Shown here piece after piece: positions 50,240-63,881 of a DNA stretch of 64,000 nucleotides; the stretch's first letter is position 1, and each line of letters opens with the position of its first letter. The notes below the pieces were generated by a model. It ran no database searches. It was given only the letters and a program-made list of their open reading frames with translations, and was not told the DNA's origin. Position numbers and translations under genes: made by a program. This DNA comes from Octopus vulgaris (Eukaryota), in assembly GCA_951406725.2 (NCBI GenBank), contig OX597815.1, positions 92,938,001 to 93,002,000 on the forward strand, written 5' to 3'.

Positions 50240-52030
50240 TGTCAACTTGAGGTTGTTTATGAACATCAACAGCTTTGTATTTTAACAACCTCCTCAAGAC
50301 CAATCCTAGTTTTCTGCTGTAAAATTCCATTTTAAAGTGTTCACATGTAAATTAAAACCTATAATAATTATAATCTGTCTATCTCATTCAAAAATGGTAC
50401 TGAAATAATTCACTTTTTAGATGTGACTCTTGGCTTAGATGCTAATCTCTATTAGCCTTGCTATAAGCCAAATGAGTCATTACACTATATCCAATCTAAT
50501 CATCTGAGATTTCCTTTTATCTGCATAGTTATAGGTATTTCTATTAAAACCTATAAACTATCAGCCAATGAGGATATCTTTGATAACCACACCCTTCTGG
50601 AATAGTGGTTTCCTCAAGAGGATCTCCTATATTCTCAATACTAGACTGAAAACTAAACTTGAACTTCTCTTTCTTGGTACAGAATCTAAGCTCTCCAGGC
50701 TTGCCTCTTCCATCCTGTTCCCCCCACAAATGGTATTCCTCCATGGCCAATATTAGTCCAGTACTCCAGCTATCCTAGAAATGGAATAATCTCCAGGTTA
50801 GCTCAGCCAACACACTAAGTTCTAAAACATCAAGGGGCAGAAATTGGGAGAGCTTAAAGTTTGCACCCCTATTCTCTCCAGATTAAATCTTTACCCAAAA
50901 TCCTTAGCTCTAATTACTCACCCCACCATAAATATTACTCCATCTTCAACAAATCTTCTGTTAAAATCTCATACTCCACAACCCCTAACTTGGGATCTAC
51001 AAATTCCTCCTCCAATAGGTGCAAGCTCAGCCACCTTATTGTGGGCCTTATGAACCATTCATCTGGCCCCTGCCCTGACCCAGTGGGAACTCACTCTACA
51101 AATTTCAAGAGTCCAACCCACCTTAACAATAGTGATATTAGCATCATTGCCCTTGGTTTGTGTAACTATAACACTTGTGACTATGGTGAAACCTCTCCCA
51201 GCTCCATACTGGAAATGATAACACCTCTAGTTCTACCTCAAAGATAACTGATTGTATAAAGTAGCATAGGGTGGAGATTAGGCATAAGCCCAATGGTAGT
51301 GGAGAAAACTGTAATTGTTAGGTTTCCGAATATGTCCATTAGATGGATTTTGTTTATGTGACAATGTGGTATATAAATGTTGGGTCATTTCAAGGATTGC
51401 TATTGGGCTCAGCTAAACTCATTTTCAAATGGAGCCTCTAAACCAGTGGTTCTTAACCAGGGTCCATATAAGATTGGGTGGGGGGCACAACAAAATAAAT
51501 TGAGGATCCACATTAGTATTTTCAGGGCCCTTGAAAAAATTTCACTTTAGATGTATGTATTGCAAAAAACAGCTAGGTTTCTCTCTCTAACATTTTACGT
51601 AGTCCAACCTACACAAGTGAAAGTGTGAAAAACAGAATAGGAATTTTGTAAAATGTATTTATAAAACTAGTTTTTAAGCATTGAATGGCTACAAATATAT
51701 GTATATTCACTGCACCTTGTATATATATTCCACCAGAATAAAACTGTAATTAGAGGGAGTCCATAGATAAAAAATGGTTGAGTACCCTTGCTCTAAACCC
51801 TCAACTTCCTTAGCTACATATATACACCAACTCAAGTCCCAGGATATTCCCTATAGCTTGATCAGGTCCATGGTTCATGAGGGCATCCCAAACAATGTTA
51901 ATCATTACATATGTAATTCATATTTCAGAGAATCACTTGCTATTGTTTGCCATTATAATACCTCATTATTCAATAGGTTCTCTAATGTAATCTCATGTAA
52001 ATATGTTTTACCAAATTTGTGCATTATGTG
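50240..52030 (+). pseudogene. Decayed Penelope-like ORF (RT C-terminus and GIY-YIG)
   Basis: IHFLDVTL...Y.PCYKPNE.LHYIQSNH at ~50405-50505, NVVYKC at ~51362, and STSLATYIHQLK...IPYS...CN...RESLAI...LFNR...SCK at 51800-52005. Confidence 0.75.
51444..51790. mobile_element. hAT (Charlie-like) MITE with 8-bp TSD
   Basis: TIRs cagtggttcttaacc / ggttgagtacccttg; TSD ctctaaac at 51436-51443 and 51791-51798. Confidence 0.92.
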
Positions 52031-52913
52031 AAGTTTTTATAATTTCTCCTAATTGTGGTTGAATATCTTTACTTTTTATCCAAGTAATGTAAGTATCAAT
52101 TTTCCTCCTCTTTCTCTCAATATATTTTCCTCCTGTGCTATCACCACCCATACTCCTTTATTTCAATGCTTTTCTCTTTCTGCTTCTTTGTCTGGTCAGT
52201 TGACATTCCAAACTAATTTATGATATGCTTAACTTTATCTTTACCACCTGACATTTTCGTTGGCTAGGCTGATTTCTCCCCTTCTCTCTTCTTTGTTTCA
52301 TTTATTTTATCTTTCTTCCTTATTCTAGAAGTTGTCCTTTTTCCCAAACCCCTGATCTTGTTCCATATCCTCTCTCTCTCTGTAGCCATTATTTTTGCTA
52401 GCTCCAATTTGCCAATGTTTTCTTGATGAGAGGAGCCACACTTTTTGGAATATCTTCAGATCTTTGCAGTCTGGCTGCCAATTTTTGAAAATTCAAAGTT
52501 TATTGAAAATTTTAAAATTTGATACATTAATGTAGTTTTTCAAGCTGAATCTCAGGAGATATTTCACTTTTTACCAGAAAAAAAAAAGAAGTTATAGAGG
52601 TTTAAAGTTTGATAATTTTCACTCAGTCACAAATCCTAGTTTTGCTTGCACGCATAGTTTGTGTTGGCTTCAGACTGGATAGGACAAGTAACCCTGGCTT
52701 TTGGGATCTGCTAAGTTATTTTCAGCTAGCAGATCCATATAGGCTGGAACACCTGGATGCTCCATTGTGGACATGGTTAATAGCGTTGGGTTTTCCAGAT
52801 TGTATATAAATAAGATTTTAATTAGAAAAGTAGACATATATATATGTATATTCACTGCACCTTGTATATATATATATATATTACCCTGTATATATATATA
52901 TATATATATATAA

Positions 52914-53500
52914 TCGTTTAACGTCCGCTTTCCATGCTAGCATGGGTTGGACGGTTCAACTGGGGTCTGGGAAGCCCGAAGGCTGCACCAGGCCAGTCAG
53001 ATGTGGCAGTGTTTCTACAGCTGGATGCCCTTCCTAACGCCAACCACTCCGAGAGTGTAGTGGGTGATTTTATGTGCCACCGACACAGGTGCCAGACGAG
53101 GCTGGCAGACGGCCACGCTCGGATGGTGTTTTTTATGTGCCACCGACACAGGTGCCAGATGAGGCTGGCAGACGGCCACGCTCGGATGGTGTTTTTTATG
53201 TGCCACCGACACAGGTGCCAGACGAGGCTGTCAGACGGCCACGCTCGGATGGTGTTTTCTTATGTGTCACCGACACAGGTGCTAGACGAGGCTGGCGGAC
53301 GGCCACGCTCGGATGGTGTTTGTTACGTGCCCTCAGCACGGAGGCCAGTCATTTCGGTACTGGCTACGGTCACGTTCGGATGGTTTTCTTATGTGCCACC
53401 GGCACTGGTACCACAAGGATACAAATTCCATTGATGTTCATCTATTTTGATTTGGTTCGATTTGATTTGATACGACCTGTTGAGGCAAGTGAGAATCGAA
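52914..53500 (-). mobile_element. RTE 3' UTR with ~59-bp internal tandem repeats
   Basis: Four copies of tatgtgccaccgacacaggtgccagacgaggctggcagacggccacgctcggatggtgttt; RTE tail at the left end. Confidence 0.9.
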
Positions 53501-53729
53501 TCGTATATGTATATATATATATATTACCCTGTATTTGTATATATATATATTACCCTGTATTTGTATATATATATATATTTGTTTTGCAAGATTTTTGATG
53601 TGAAATTGTGTTTTTATTGGCTGAACTGGCAAAATGACCATTCCTAAATACAACAATATATATATATATATAATTCTATTTACTAAATATATACATATAC
53701 ATAATTCTATTTACTAAATATTCTTTTTT

Positions 53730-54100
53730 TTTTGTTTCAGTCATTTGACTGTAGCCATGCTGGAGCACTGCCTTTAGTCGAGCAAATCAATCCCAGGACT
53801 CATCCTATGCTATCATGCTCTTCAGCTGAACCACTAAGTTACGGGGATGTAGGCACACCAGCATCAGTTGTCAGGTATTGTTGTGGGTACAAACACAGAC
53901 ACACAAACATATGCACACATATATATATATACATATGATGAGCTTCTTTCAGTTTCCATCTACCAAATCCACTAACAAGGCTTTGGTCGGCCCAAGACTA
54001 TAGCAGAAGACATCTGCCCAAGGTGCCATGCAGTGGGACTGAACCCAGAACCATGTGGTTGGTAAGCTAGCTACTTACTACACAACCACTCCAGCGCCTA
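53730..54100 (-). mobile_element. tRNA-derived SINE, near complete
   Basis: Minus strand ggcgctggagtggttgtgtagtaag...ggttctgggttcagtcccactgcatggcaccttgggca. Confidence 0.9.
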
Positions 54101-54111
54101 TATATGTATTT

Positions 54112-54556
54112 AGTAAATAGAATTATAAGCCTTCACTGTATACTGACTATAGAAAATAGTCTAATATTATTACAGCATATAAATCTCCATAAGTGAAAAA
54201 AGTAAGCATTAGTACATTTGAAAATGAACCCACACCCTCTTACTTTTGTGATATGTGTGATGACTGATTACATGAACATACTCACCCTTCTTTTTTCTAT
54301 CAAATTTAGGAACAATGATTTCATATTGGCAAATTTGTAAACATGTGCAAATTCTGAATGAATTATGAAAATTTTGTAAATAGAATTAAAAGCTTTCACC
54401 ATATACTGACTATAGAAAATAGTCTAGGGCATATAAACCCCTATAACACTTCCCACATGTACTAATGCCCATTTTTTTCATTATGAGTGTTTATAAGCCC
54501 TAATATTAGACTACTTTCTAGTCAAAATACAGGGAGAGCTTATAATTCTATTTACT
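54112..54556. mobile_element. MITE with ~55-bp terminal inverted repeats
   Basis: agtaaatagaattataagc...atagtctaatatta versus taatattagacta...gcttataattctatttact, plus an internal direct copy at 54376-54427. Confidence 0.75.
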
Positions 54557-56567
54557 TTCATGCTATTCCAGTTTTCTCAACTGTAAAAATGAGTTGCGAT
54601 GTCACTAGTGCTAAGCTGTATTGGCTTTTGCCTTTTGGATAGCATTGGTGGCATGGAGAGGGGAGACTGGTATGCGTGGGTGACTGGTGGTCTTCCATAA
54701 AACAACCTTGCCCAGACTTGTGCCTTGGAGGGGAACTTTTTATGTGCAATCCTATGGTCATGAATGACCAAAGGGGATCTTTATCCTTATAAGTAGGGTT
54801 AGGGTTAGAAATGGGTAAAAGAGATACTGTATCCTTGTATAACCGATGGGTGCTTTATTGGTGTGCAATGCTGAAACTGAAATACCTCAGGAATCAAAAT
54901 CTATATTAGTGTGTTACAAAAATAATATGAAGTGTAGAAATTCCTGACCTCAGAAATATCAAATGAACTGTAAAATGGAATAAATTTATTGCCTCTATTT
55001 AAGCTTGTATCAACAGGTTTATCTACTACAATTCAGTATGATACAAACACTAAGGATGATAGGTACTCTTAGTACATCTTTAGTGGTCTCAAACTGAAAA
55101 ACAGTTATTGAAATTAGTCTCTAAATGGTTGTTCAACCAGTTAGAAATAGTAGCCAAATACTCCTCAAATCACAGTCTATCATCTTTTGACAAATGACAC
55201 TGAATAAAGTGATCCTAGAGACACCATATCTGAAAAGCAAAAAAGAAAAAAGATGGTCACAGCTGGAATGACCTGAGATAAAAAAAAAAAAGTAACAACA
55301 ATAAGAAAGTCAAAATAAAAACTGATTTTGATAAATCGTGAACTTTTTTTAACTATCTGGTAAGAAGGGGCAGTTGTACCCATAAGCCTTTTTAGGGCCT
55401 GTGAAACCAGAGGGAGGGAGGAAAGAAAGTTTATTTAGACTGGAGACCTGGCTTGAATGCCTGCAATAGAGTGGACTTCTGTATAGACATACAAAAGCTA
55501 GGAGATAGTATTAAACTAGGTAGTGCAATAAGTCTATCACTCAAATAAGCCACAAAAGGGATCTAAATCCAGAACGTTAGAGCAAAACCCAATACCACAA
55601 GGCACCCCATCCAATGTTATAATGATCCTGCAAGTCCACAGCTCTAGACTGGTGCTTTATTATAAATCAATCCCAGAAGAATGAAAAGCAAAGGTGACAT
55701 CGGTGGAATCTGAAACTAGAATACTAAAAGCCAGAATAAATACTGTAAGGCATTTCTGTCTGACATTCTACCAGTTCTTCCAGTTTCTATTTGGAGCAAA
55801 AAACACAAAAACAAACAACAGCAGTAGTCATTGTCATCATCACCACCATCACCATCACCTCGTTGCTTAACTTGCTTAAGCCAACAAATTTCTAGATGTC
55901 CACTTTGAGTGATGTGGCATGGGTTTGACTTGGGTTTTAGTTACAATTATCTCCTCTGCATATACCACAACTACAGATGATAGCAATAGTTTTCTCACCG
56001 AACTGGTCATTAAAAGTTGTTTGTTCATCCACTCAGCATTTGTGATATTTACTGTTGATTCAGTAAGTTCATCTGCCAAAATACTTCACATCCACCATGC
56101 TGCATCCTATGATTTCAATGTATCCTGGCTTGGGTGACAGAAGCCAGAATAAAACAGAATTGGTAATACAATCAGCCATTGTTGATGTTGATGAATGAAC
56201 ATGAATATGGAGTGAATGGAAAGATGTCATACACTAAAAGACAAATGTATTTTTATTGCCAGTCATTTCATTATTTGACTACAGAAAAACAAACAAAAAA
56301 AAAACTTCTTCACGGTGAACGGTGAACGCAAGCCATGAGTCTATGAACAACAAGTTAACACCATTTACTTCAATGTATAATGTTTAGCCCAGATTCTGTT
56401 GTTAACCAGCCGGTTAGACCAAGGTTCTTGACTTGCTTCCACACATGCATTGGATCAGCAAGAAATGAGTTCTTTGTATGTATGTATATATATATATATT
56501 ACATACATATATGTATGTGTGTATATATATGTGTGTGTGTGTGTGTGTGTATGTATAAATATATATG

Positions 56568-56628
<61 letters not shown>

Positions 56629-56844
56629 AACAAAAAAAATACAATAACTGCATCTCAAGAAATGTTCCATGGTTCGGAGTATGTACCAAATGTGGAAGAG
56701 GTCAACAGGACAGGAGTGGAGAGGACAGGTGTGATTTGTGAATTGAGGTAAATAAATGGAGAGGAGAGGGCGATGAGGGTAGCTGGGATTGGGTTGACAG
56801 AAGTCTGATAGAGAAATAACAGGTAAGAAAGAAAAAAAAGGAAG

Positions 56845-57195
56845 ATATATAGACTGATCGATTTTTAGAGAGATAGGTAGGATGATAGTAGAATAGATAG
56901 ACTGATAGATGCATAGATAGGCAGATAGATAGATAGATAGATAGATAGACAGATAGAGAGCAAAACAGATAGATTCTAGGAGGTAGGTAAGTAGTTAAGT
57001 AGACAGATAGATGGCTATGAAAGGCATACAGATATGTTGGTAAGTAGATAATTAGGTAGACAGACTGATATATAAATAGATAGGTAGGTAGGGAGCTATA
57101 TAGTTGAATAAATGAAAGGATAAATAGATTTATAGATAAGTAAATATACATATACAGATAGATAAATAAATAGATTAAAAGAGAGAGAGAGAATT
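56845..57195. repeat. Degenerate (TAGA)n tract
   Basis: Directly visible. Confidence 0.9.
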
Positions 57196-57709
57196 TAGAT
57201 AAAGAGGTGTATCTGTTGACACTAGAAAATTGTCAATGTTTAAGAAAAGAAAGGTTTAATAAATATTTTCTGTTTACTAATAATAAAAAAAAAAATAAAC
57301 AGAAATGAATAAATTCTAAGGCATGCAGGCACACACACATACACACTCACAAGCACATATACACATACATGCATATACATTACAAACATACACAACACAC
57401 AGAGTTTTGAAGGGGGTAGAAGAAAGAGATGTAGAGGTAGTGACAACAAAAGTTAAAGAGAGAAACTGAGAGAGGATGATAGAGAAAGAGAGAGAGAAGG
57501 GAGAGGAAGAAAGTGAGTTTTCATTTAATCTCTGTCATTTTATTTGAAGAATATTCTGATGTCTGGACCAAGTTTAACTTTATTTTAGAATATTCCAGGA
57601 TCTATATCAGGTCAAGGCTGTGTAACCTGCCATAGAGAGTCATGTGATAGGGGGGATGGTGAAGTGGCTAAAATATCAGAAGGGTGAGTGAGAGAATGAA
57701 GAGCACATT

Positions 57710-57805
57710 TCAAAGAAGGGTCACTGAGCATTTATTGGAGGGAATGGGGCTCATCACCAATGTTTCCTGGAACGTGAAGCACACCTGTGCACAAATGGAA
57801 TCACA
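57710..57805 (-). other. Candidate alternative 3' exon of the minus-strand gene
   Basis: Strong acceptor cctttctttttgtttttgtgcag|TGTGATTCC in non-repetitive sequence; all three frames stop within 32 codons. Confidence 0.35.
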
Positions 57806-59231
57806 CTGCACAAAAACAAAAAGAAAGGTATATTTGTTAGAAACAGTTGCATGGTTCTTAAAGAGTCAAGGATATAATTAGACAAATGTAACACTTTAAG
57901 TGCACAGCATCTTCATGGTTACAAAAATTGGATGGTGCCATGAGATACACACCTGAATGACCTCATTAATTCCAGGTGTACATGGACTCAAGAATTTAGC
58001 AGAAACATGATTGTTTTTTTGTTTATTGTCACTGGGCAAGTTTGCACATTGTTTTAGCATTTTGACACATTAAAATTATTGAATAATATTTATTAAAGGG
58101 AGTATAGTGTTGGTGACACTTTCAGAATTTTATAAAGATTAGCTGAGATTAGAGAGGAGTGAAAGGGTTGTCAATTGTTTTTAAAGTATGCACCTGTTGA
58201 AGGTCATGAAAGGTCAACAGTTGAAAGTCATTGTTTAGAGTCATGAAGGGTCATCGGTAAAGTATGTAATAAATACACTACAGGATCAACAGTTTTGTTA
58301 TTTTATTCAGTAAGTGAACAAAAAGAATGAAGGTCTTTTGTTTGTCTTTTTTTTTTGTAGGGTTAGTCACCATAACCTTTGAGAAACTGAAAAAATAGGA
58401 GGTTGTCTCAGAGTGAAGGCTTGTGAGCAGGAAACCCACTAGTTGAAACAAACAGAAGCAAATTAATGAAGCAAAACAAAAATGATGGGAAAGAAAACAG
58501 CAAACATAAAATTATGGAAAACGTAAGAATCATTTGTGAAGACATTCTCTCCTCCAGGGGTTGTTAAGTAAATAGGAATAAAGAGATGAGGGTAACTACT
58601 ACATGAAGAGGAAGGCAAATGAGATTTTGTAAGGGTCCTTCTTAAAGTGGGTTAGGAGTATTACTGATTAAATGAACTGAAGTGGAACAGCCACAGTCAG
58701 AAATTACTGGGAGCTTAATACTACTGGTATAGGATTGGGAGAGATAACGCTTACCATGTAAGTCTCCAAGTGGTAGGTGAGGAAATGGCCTCTAGATATA
58801 AGGGTAAATATGGAAATAAGCTGTTCTGAACCAAATACAGAATGTCTTTTGGCAAAGCATAGCCCCTGACAATCCCCACCCCCAGCCTAGGGTTACAAAT
58901 GAAATCAAGGGAAGTAGCATGGTGTATGTGTAGTCACTGACCAATGGTGATATGCACACATGATACTGAGGAAAAGAACCTCTGTGAGGTCAATGGCCAA
59001 CATCATAAAGTTCCTGAAGTGCATTAATGCTAATATGTATAGATCCAATGACTAGAGACATCATTAGCCAATGAAAGATTTCAGTGATTCACATAAAATT
59101 CAAATCCAAACACACTTCACTAGATGATGAGGGTAACACTATATTGCTTACCAACAAAGAAGCTTCTATAAACTTGCTTGATCTGTGACATAGCAGCCAA
59201 ATCACCCTCATATCATATCATACCATCTTAA

Positions 59232-59449
59232 CCCTTTAGCATTCAGATTCCTCTGTCAAGTGTAATATTCCTTTATTCACATTGATTTTAACCCATCATG
59301 CATTGTTTCATAGCTTTAAGATTTCATTGATGTGATTATTATTTTAGAATCACATTGTAGGGTAGGTGTGAGAGGCTGGATCTGGTCTGGTTGAACATAA
59401 AACTGGTGGAATATTTGGGCTGGATCTGGCTAGTTTAAATACTAAAGGG
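59232..59449. mobile_element. piggyBac-type MITE with TTAA TSD
   Basis: TTAA|ccctttagcatt...aatactaaaggg|TTAA, nested in an older SINE-like repeat (~59170-59555). Confidence 0.92.
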
Positions 59450-60609
59450 TTAAATAAAAGATACACCGAACACTCTACTCTCAGACACAATAAAATTTGG
59501 GATGGTTGACTGGAATACCTTTCAGCATGCTCAATGAGGGCTGACCTGGGGTTAATAATTATATGGTTTAAATTATAAGTAAAGAATTATAGTTTCTTTC
59601 TGGTTGTTTTCTAAAACCATCACCATATCATGATTTCAAGGAACATCCATATGACATTACTATTAACTCTCTTCCCATGTCATCCAAATGCAACAAGACA
59701 CAGAATGGAAAATGAACAATACATTGTAATGACCAATAACAAAGTTACTTTATTGCCTATAACCGTAATATAATGCTATTGCTAATGTACTTTATCAACC
59801 ATCATCATCACCAAACCCATTTCATGTTATATTGACTGTTATCACAAATGTGTTTGGTATTATCCTAAACATGTTAGTGTTATGCTTTCAGTGTTATACA
59901 AAAGGTCTGTATTACCCTAAACATGTTTGGTGCTATAATAAACACTAATTGAACATATTAAACATAGTTGTGCCATACAAAGCTTATCTATTATACACTG
60001 ATTATTTGGACTAGTGCTCTCATTTTGGTTATACAATGCACAGTAATTTCTAATCTAAGAGATTCATATAAAAATTACATTAAGTTTTATAGTAAACATG
60101 TTTTCTTTTATACTAAATATATCTGCTACTAGACTAAACACATCTGAAAATACTCTAAACATTGCATGGTAACAAAACACTGGGTACAGTGCTGTCACTA
60201 CTTACAATAATGAACCCTTTAGTAGTGTGTTACCTACATATAGTTACAAAGATCAAGCCATCTTCAAACAACTTGGTATCATACTAAATATGTTCAGTGT
60301 TATACTAAACATGTTTGATGGTTTCATAAATACATTTTCTGTTTTACAAAACATGTATGTTAAACTAACTACTTCTGATATTATGCTAAACACATTTACT
60401 GTTATACTAAACACATATTCACACATGCTTTTAATAAATGACTTGAGTTATGAACACATTTATCAGTTTGTTATAATTAACCACATCGCATCTTACTATA
60501 CTACCCCAGTAGTAGTCAACTATACTATATAGTATGTACACTAATAGAGACTGTATAAAAAAAAAAGACACTGTAACACACACCCTTATTTGGTCCAACC
60601 TTACCTCTA

Positions 60610-60785
60610 GGTGGTCACTTCATCTGCTAGAAATAGCAACCATATCTATCTCAAGTCACAACCTACTGTCTTCAGAAAGGACACATTAGATAATAAAGTC
60701 CAACATATACCTCTAAAATGACAGGAAGGTCATAGCTGGAATGTCCTCAGTATTAAGCATGCTTGATCAGTGTTAACAGGGGGAG
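60610..60785 (+). mobile_element. Old SINE-like interspersed repeat (other copies ~9085-9275, 44968-45135, 45427-45590, 55126-55280, 59170-59555)
   Basis: Shared ggtcac...gctagaaatagca.ccaaat...gatggtcatagctggaatg motifs. Confidence 0.7.
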
Positions 60786-61526
60786 CAGTTAACTACCACA
60801 TACTGGCCTCACTACTAATGTCATTGCAACATAAATAGGGATGATACCGTGTTGCTACATCTAAACCCACAAAGGGTTTACACCAAGCACTGCATTAGTT
60901 GGACTTTTACAGTGCTACAGCTACTTACAATGAAGAACCATTCAGCATATATAACCGCATACAGCTATGTTGACTGAGCCATTTTCAACCATGGATGAAG
61001 CACATGGCCAGAGATAAGATGCTACTCTGTATACACAGCCATCTGTATAGCTCTACTACACTATAACATAGCAAGTAATATTCTAGTAATATAGTAGTTA
61101 ACTAGTATACTACAGATTATCATTATAACTATTGTGTGTGTACTGGTATGTATGTATATATGTATGCATATATATATATGTGCTTGTATGTAAGTATGTA
61201 TACACATACTTATGTTTACGAGTAGCTTATGATACCAGTGATGTTTCAACAAGTCCCTTCACTGTTGTTTTCTTCTTTTACTATCCTCACCCCCAAATAC
61301 ATTCAAACACTGACCTCCCATATCAACATCACCAGAACAAAGGTTGCTTAACCTAAAAATCGAAAAGTCGAAATGTGGAAGAGAGCATTTTTCATGCTCA
61401 CCCTCCCTCACACACACATACATACATATAAACATAAGTATGTAAATACATTGCAGATATATTTATATATATATATGTATGTGTGTATAAATATTACACA
61501 CACACACACACATACGTATATTCACA

Positions 61527-61690
61527 TAGGCACAGGCATGGCTGTGTGGTTAAGAAGTTTTACTGCTCAACCATGTACTTTTGGATTCAGTTAAACTGTG
61601 TTTTCTTTTGTAGCCTCAGCTAACCAATACCTTGTGACTGAATTTGCTAGATGGAAACTCTATGTACAAATGTTTATGTGTGTGTGTGTG
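61527..61690 (+). mobile_element. tRNA-derived SINE head
   Basis: ggcacaggcatggctgtgtggttaagaagttt...ggattcagt...tagcctcag...gatggaaact. Confidence 0.8.
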
Positions 61691-63224
61691 CACGCATGAA
61701 AAAATGGTGAAATTTGTTGTCATTCCCTGTTAGCATATTGTCTGCTAGCTCTGCACTTTCAAAGACATAGGGAATTAAAAAGAATCCCTTACTTGAAAAA
61801 TAGGTAAGGGTTAATGACAGGAAGGGTATCTGGCAGTAAACAACACCTCAATAATATGTATTTCTGTAATCTGTTCTAGCATGAAAAAAAAAATGTAAAA
61901 ATGCAAGAACATTTTACATACATTTTACTTATACACCTATTATTTACATACAAATATACATACATACCTATATAGAAACGTGATTATTAGTGCTATTTGA
62001 CAAAGTAGGAGGCCATATTGTTAACTGCTTAGATTTCCAGTAGTATTCTGGTACTTGCTTTTGATAAGATAGGGAGCAATACATTTGTCGATAATAACCC
62101 ACAGAATACTACTGGTTGATGCCTGAGATGTTGCAGACTATGTACTAAGTCAACTCACCCTTGCTACTGCTGGGAGTCTACGATGTCAACATCATTCTGA
62201 ATGGTTAATTTCAAATTTAATCCTTTTGCCACCACATCAATGTTGAAATATATTGCCTTTGTTGCAATTAATTTTGAAAAATAATGAAGAGTTATTTCTA
62301 ACAATAACAGTCATTATGAAGCTGGCATTTGGAATATGTGCTAACATGAAATTTTGAGGGAAGGCTTTAATTTAGATTACTTTACAACAACAAATCTGTT
62401 TCAAAGAACAAAGGACAGCTTCAGGTGTGTTGGTATTAAAGAGATTAACATATTCATAACTTCTTTTTCTCTAAAATATTTAAATGTTTGAGATGGATTA
62501 ATGCTATTTTAATTTTTCAAACAAATTAACTTCATTTTCTTAAGAAAATACTTAGGAATATTTGCATCTACACTATGTTTTGATTGGTTTGATCTCTGAT
62601 TGTCAATGGTTGTCTTAGTAGCAAACCAGGTTTGAACAAGTTCAGAAATGGTTATTTTGAATCTGTATGATGAACACACTCAGGAATGAGACACCAGATG
62701 ACAACAGAAGATCAAGCAGCTTCAAGCATATAAATGTAAAATACTGAAAATGCTTTTAATTCTAAAAAATTAAGAGACAACCCCCCCCCCTTTTGTTTGT
62801 TGTCTTATTTATCTCTGTTGTATGTCTGTGTAAAGTGCAAATGAAAAGAGTTGATTATGACAAAGTAACTCTAATAGTTTAAAATAACCCCAGGAGCAGC
62901 CCACACTCACAGAAATAAAGTCAAGTAGCTAAAACCTATTGAAATAATACCAGGGAAGACCACACCCAGCTAAACAACCTCAGAGGTTACACCATCAAAA
63001 TAATCACAGAGGCAGTCAACACTCATGATTACTTACTCCAGAACGACAATGATAATTAAATAGATGCTTTACTCTTTTGGAGGTAAATATTTAGTGTTGG
63101 ACAGCAACAGCAAACTAAACAGAAAAATTATTTTACACACACACACACACATGCATGCATGCACACAACGTATGTATATGCATATAGATGTGTAAGTGAA
63201 TGTATATGTGTGTGTAAATGTGCA

Positions 63225-63264
<40 letters not shown>

Positions 63265-63738
63265 GTGTGTGTGTGTCTACAGAACACATAAAAAAGCCAA
63301 AAAAAAGGAAAAGATAGAGGAAGATTATGGTGATGAATAGTTTGTATTTGTTGAGTGATGTCTGACAGCTATATAAGAAAAAAATTATTGTATGACATGT
63401 CAATAGGGAATCAAGAGATTGCTAGAGTTTCCTGCTACAGCAACACACTTGTAAGGTAATGAAACAGTCTTCATGTTTGCATGGCTACTGCTGTGGAAAT
63501 GGACAATAAATGAAGACCCACCCACCCACCCATCCTGTTCAGTGAGCCAATAAATCAATATAGAACTGGTCTGACAACATGCAATGACACATGATGATTG
63601 AAAAGGTATATTTGGGAATGGAGTCAGTCGGGTGAGATTTTGAAAAACAAAGTGGGTGGGGATGGGACACACGCACCAGTGGAAGAAAGGGGTATAAAAA
63701 GAAAAGATGGTGGTGTTGGTGGGAGCATGTTTTGAGTG

Positions 63739-63881
63739 TCACTCAGTAGTGGATGAGGCAATTGAGTTGAGGCACATCTGAGACAGCAGACGGGAACAGT
63801 TTATTGAGATCAGAGTAGTGAGGAAGATGGTCACTATGATGTCAGCACTACAGCACACAGCCCTCACTTCAGTGTATCGCT
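63739..63881 (-). CDS. Probable terminal coding exon of a host gene (upstream exons beyond the window), encoding a hydrophobic C-terminus
   Basis: Acceptor ctttctcattgtctttttctatttcag|AG with a branch-like gcttac upstream. Only one frame stays open: xRYTEVRAVCCSADIIVTIFLTTLISINCSRLLSQMCLNSIASSTTE*. GC is higher than in the flanks and unique UTR-like sequence follows. Product not recognised. Confidence 0.6.

Noticed and set aside
52420-52460. ttgatgag..aggag/ctttt..ggaa downstream of the Penelope ORF
   Set aside because: Position fits a pseudo-LTR hammerhead, but GAAA and the stems are too decayed to call.
52934-53598. Repetitive 166/174-aa ORFs and a CRISPR-like periodic array
   Set aside because: Head-to-tail ~59-bp tandem repeats without unique spacers inside an RTE 3' UTR in eukaryotic DNA; not CRISPR and not coding.
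60227-60532. 101-aa ORF with ILNMF repeats
   Set aside because: Explained by the 21-bp minisatellite; non-ATG start and no splice support.
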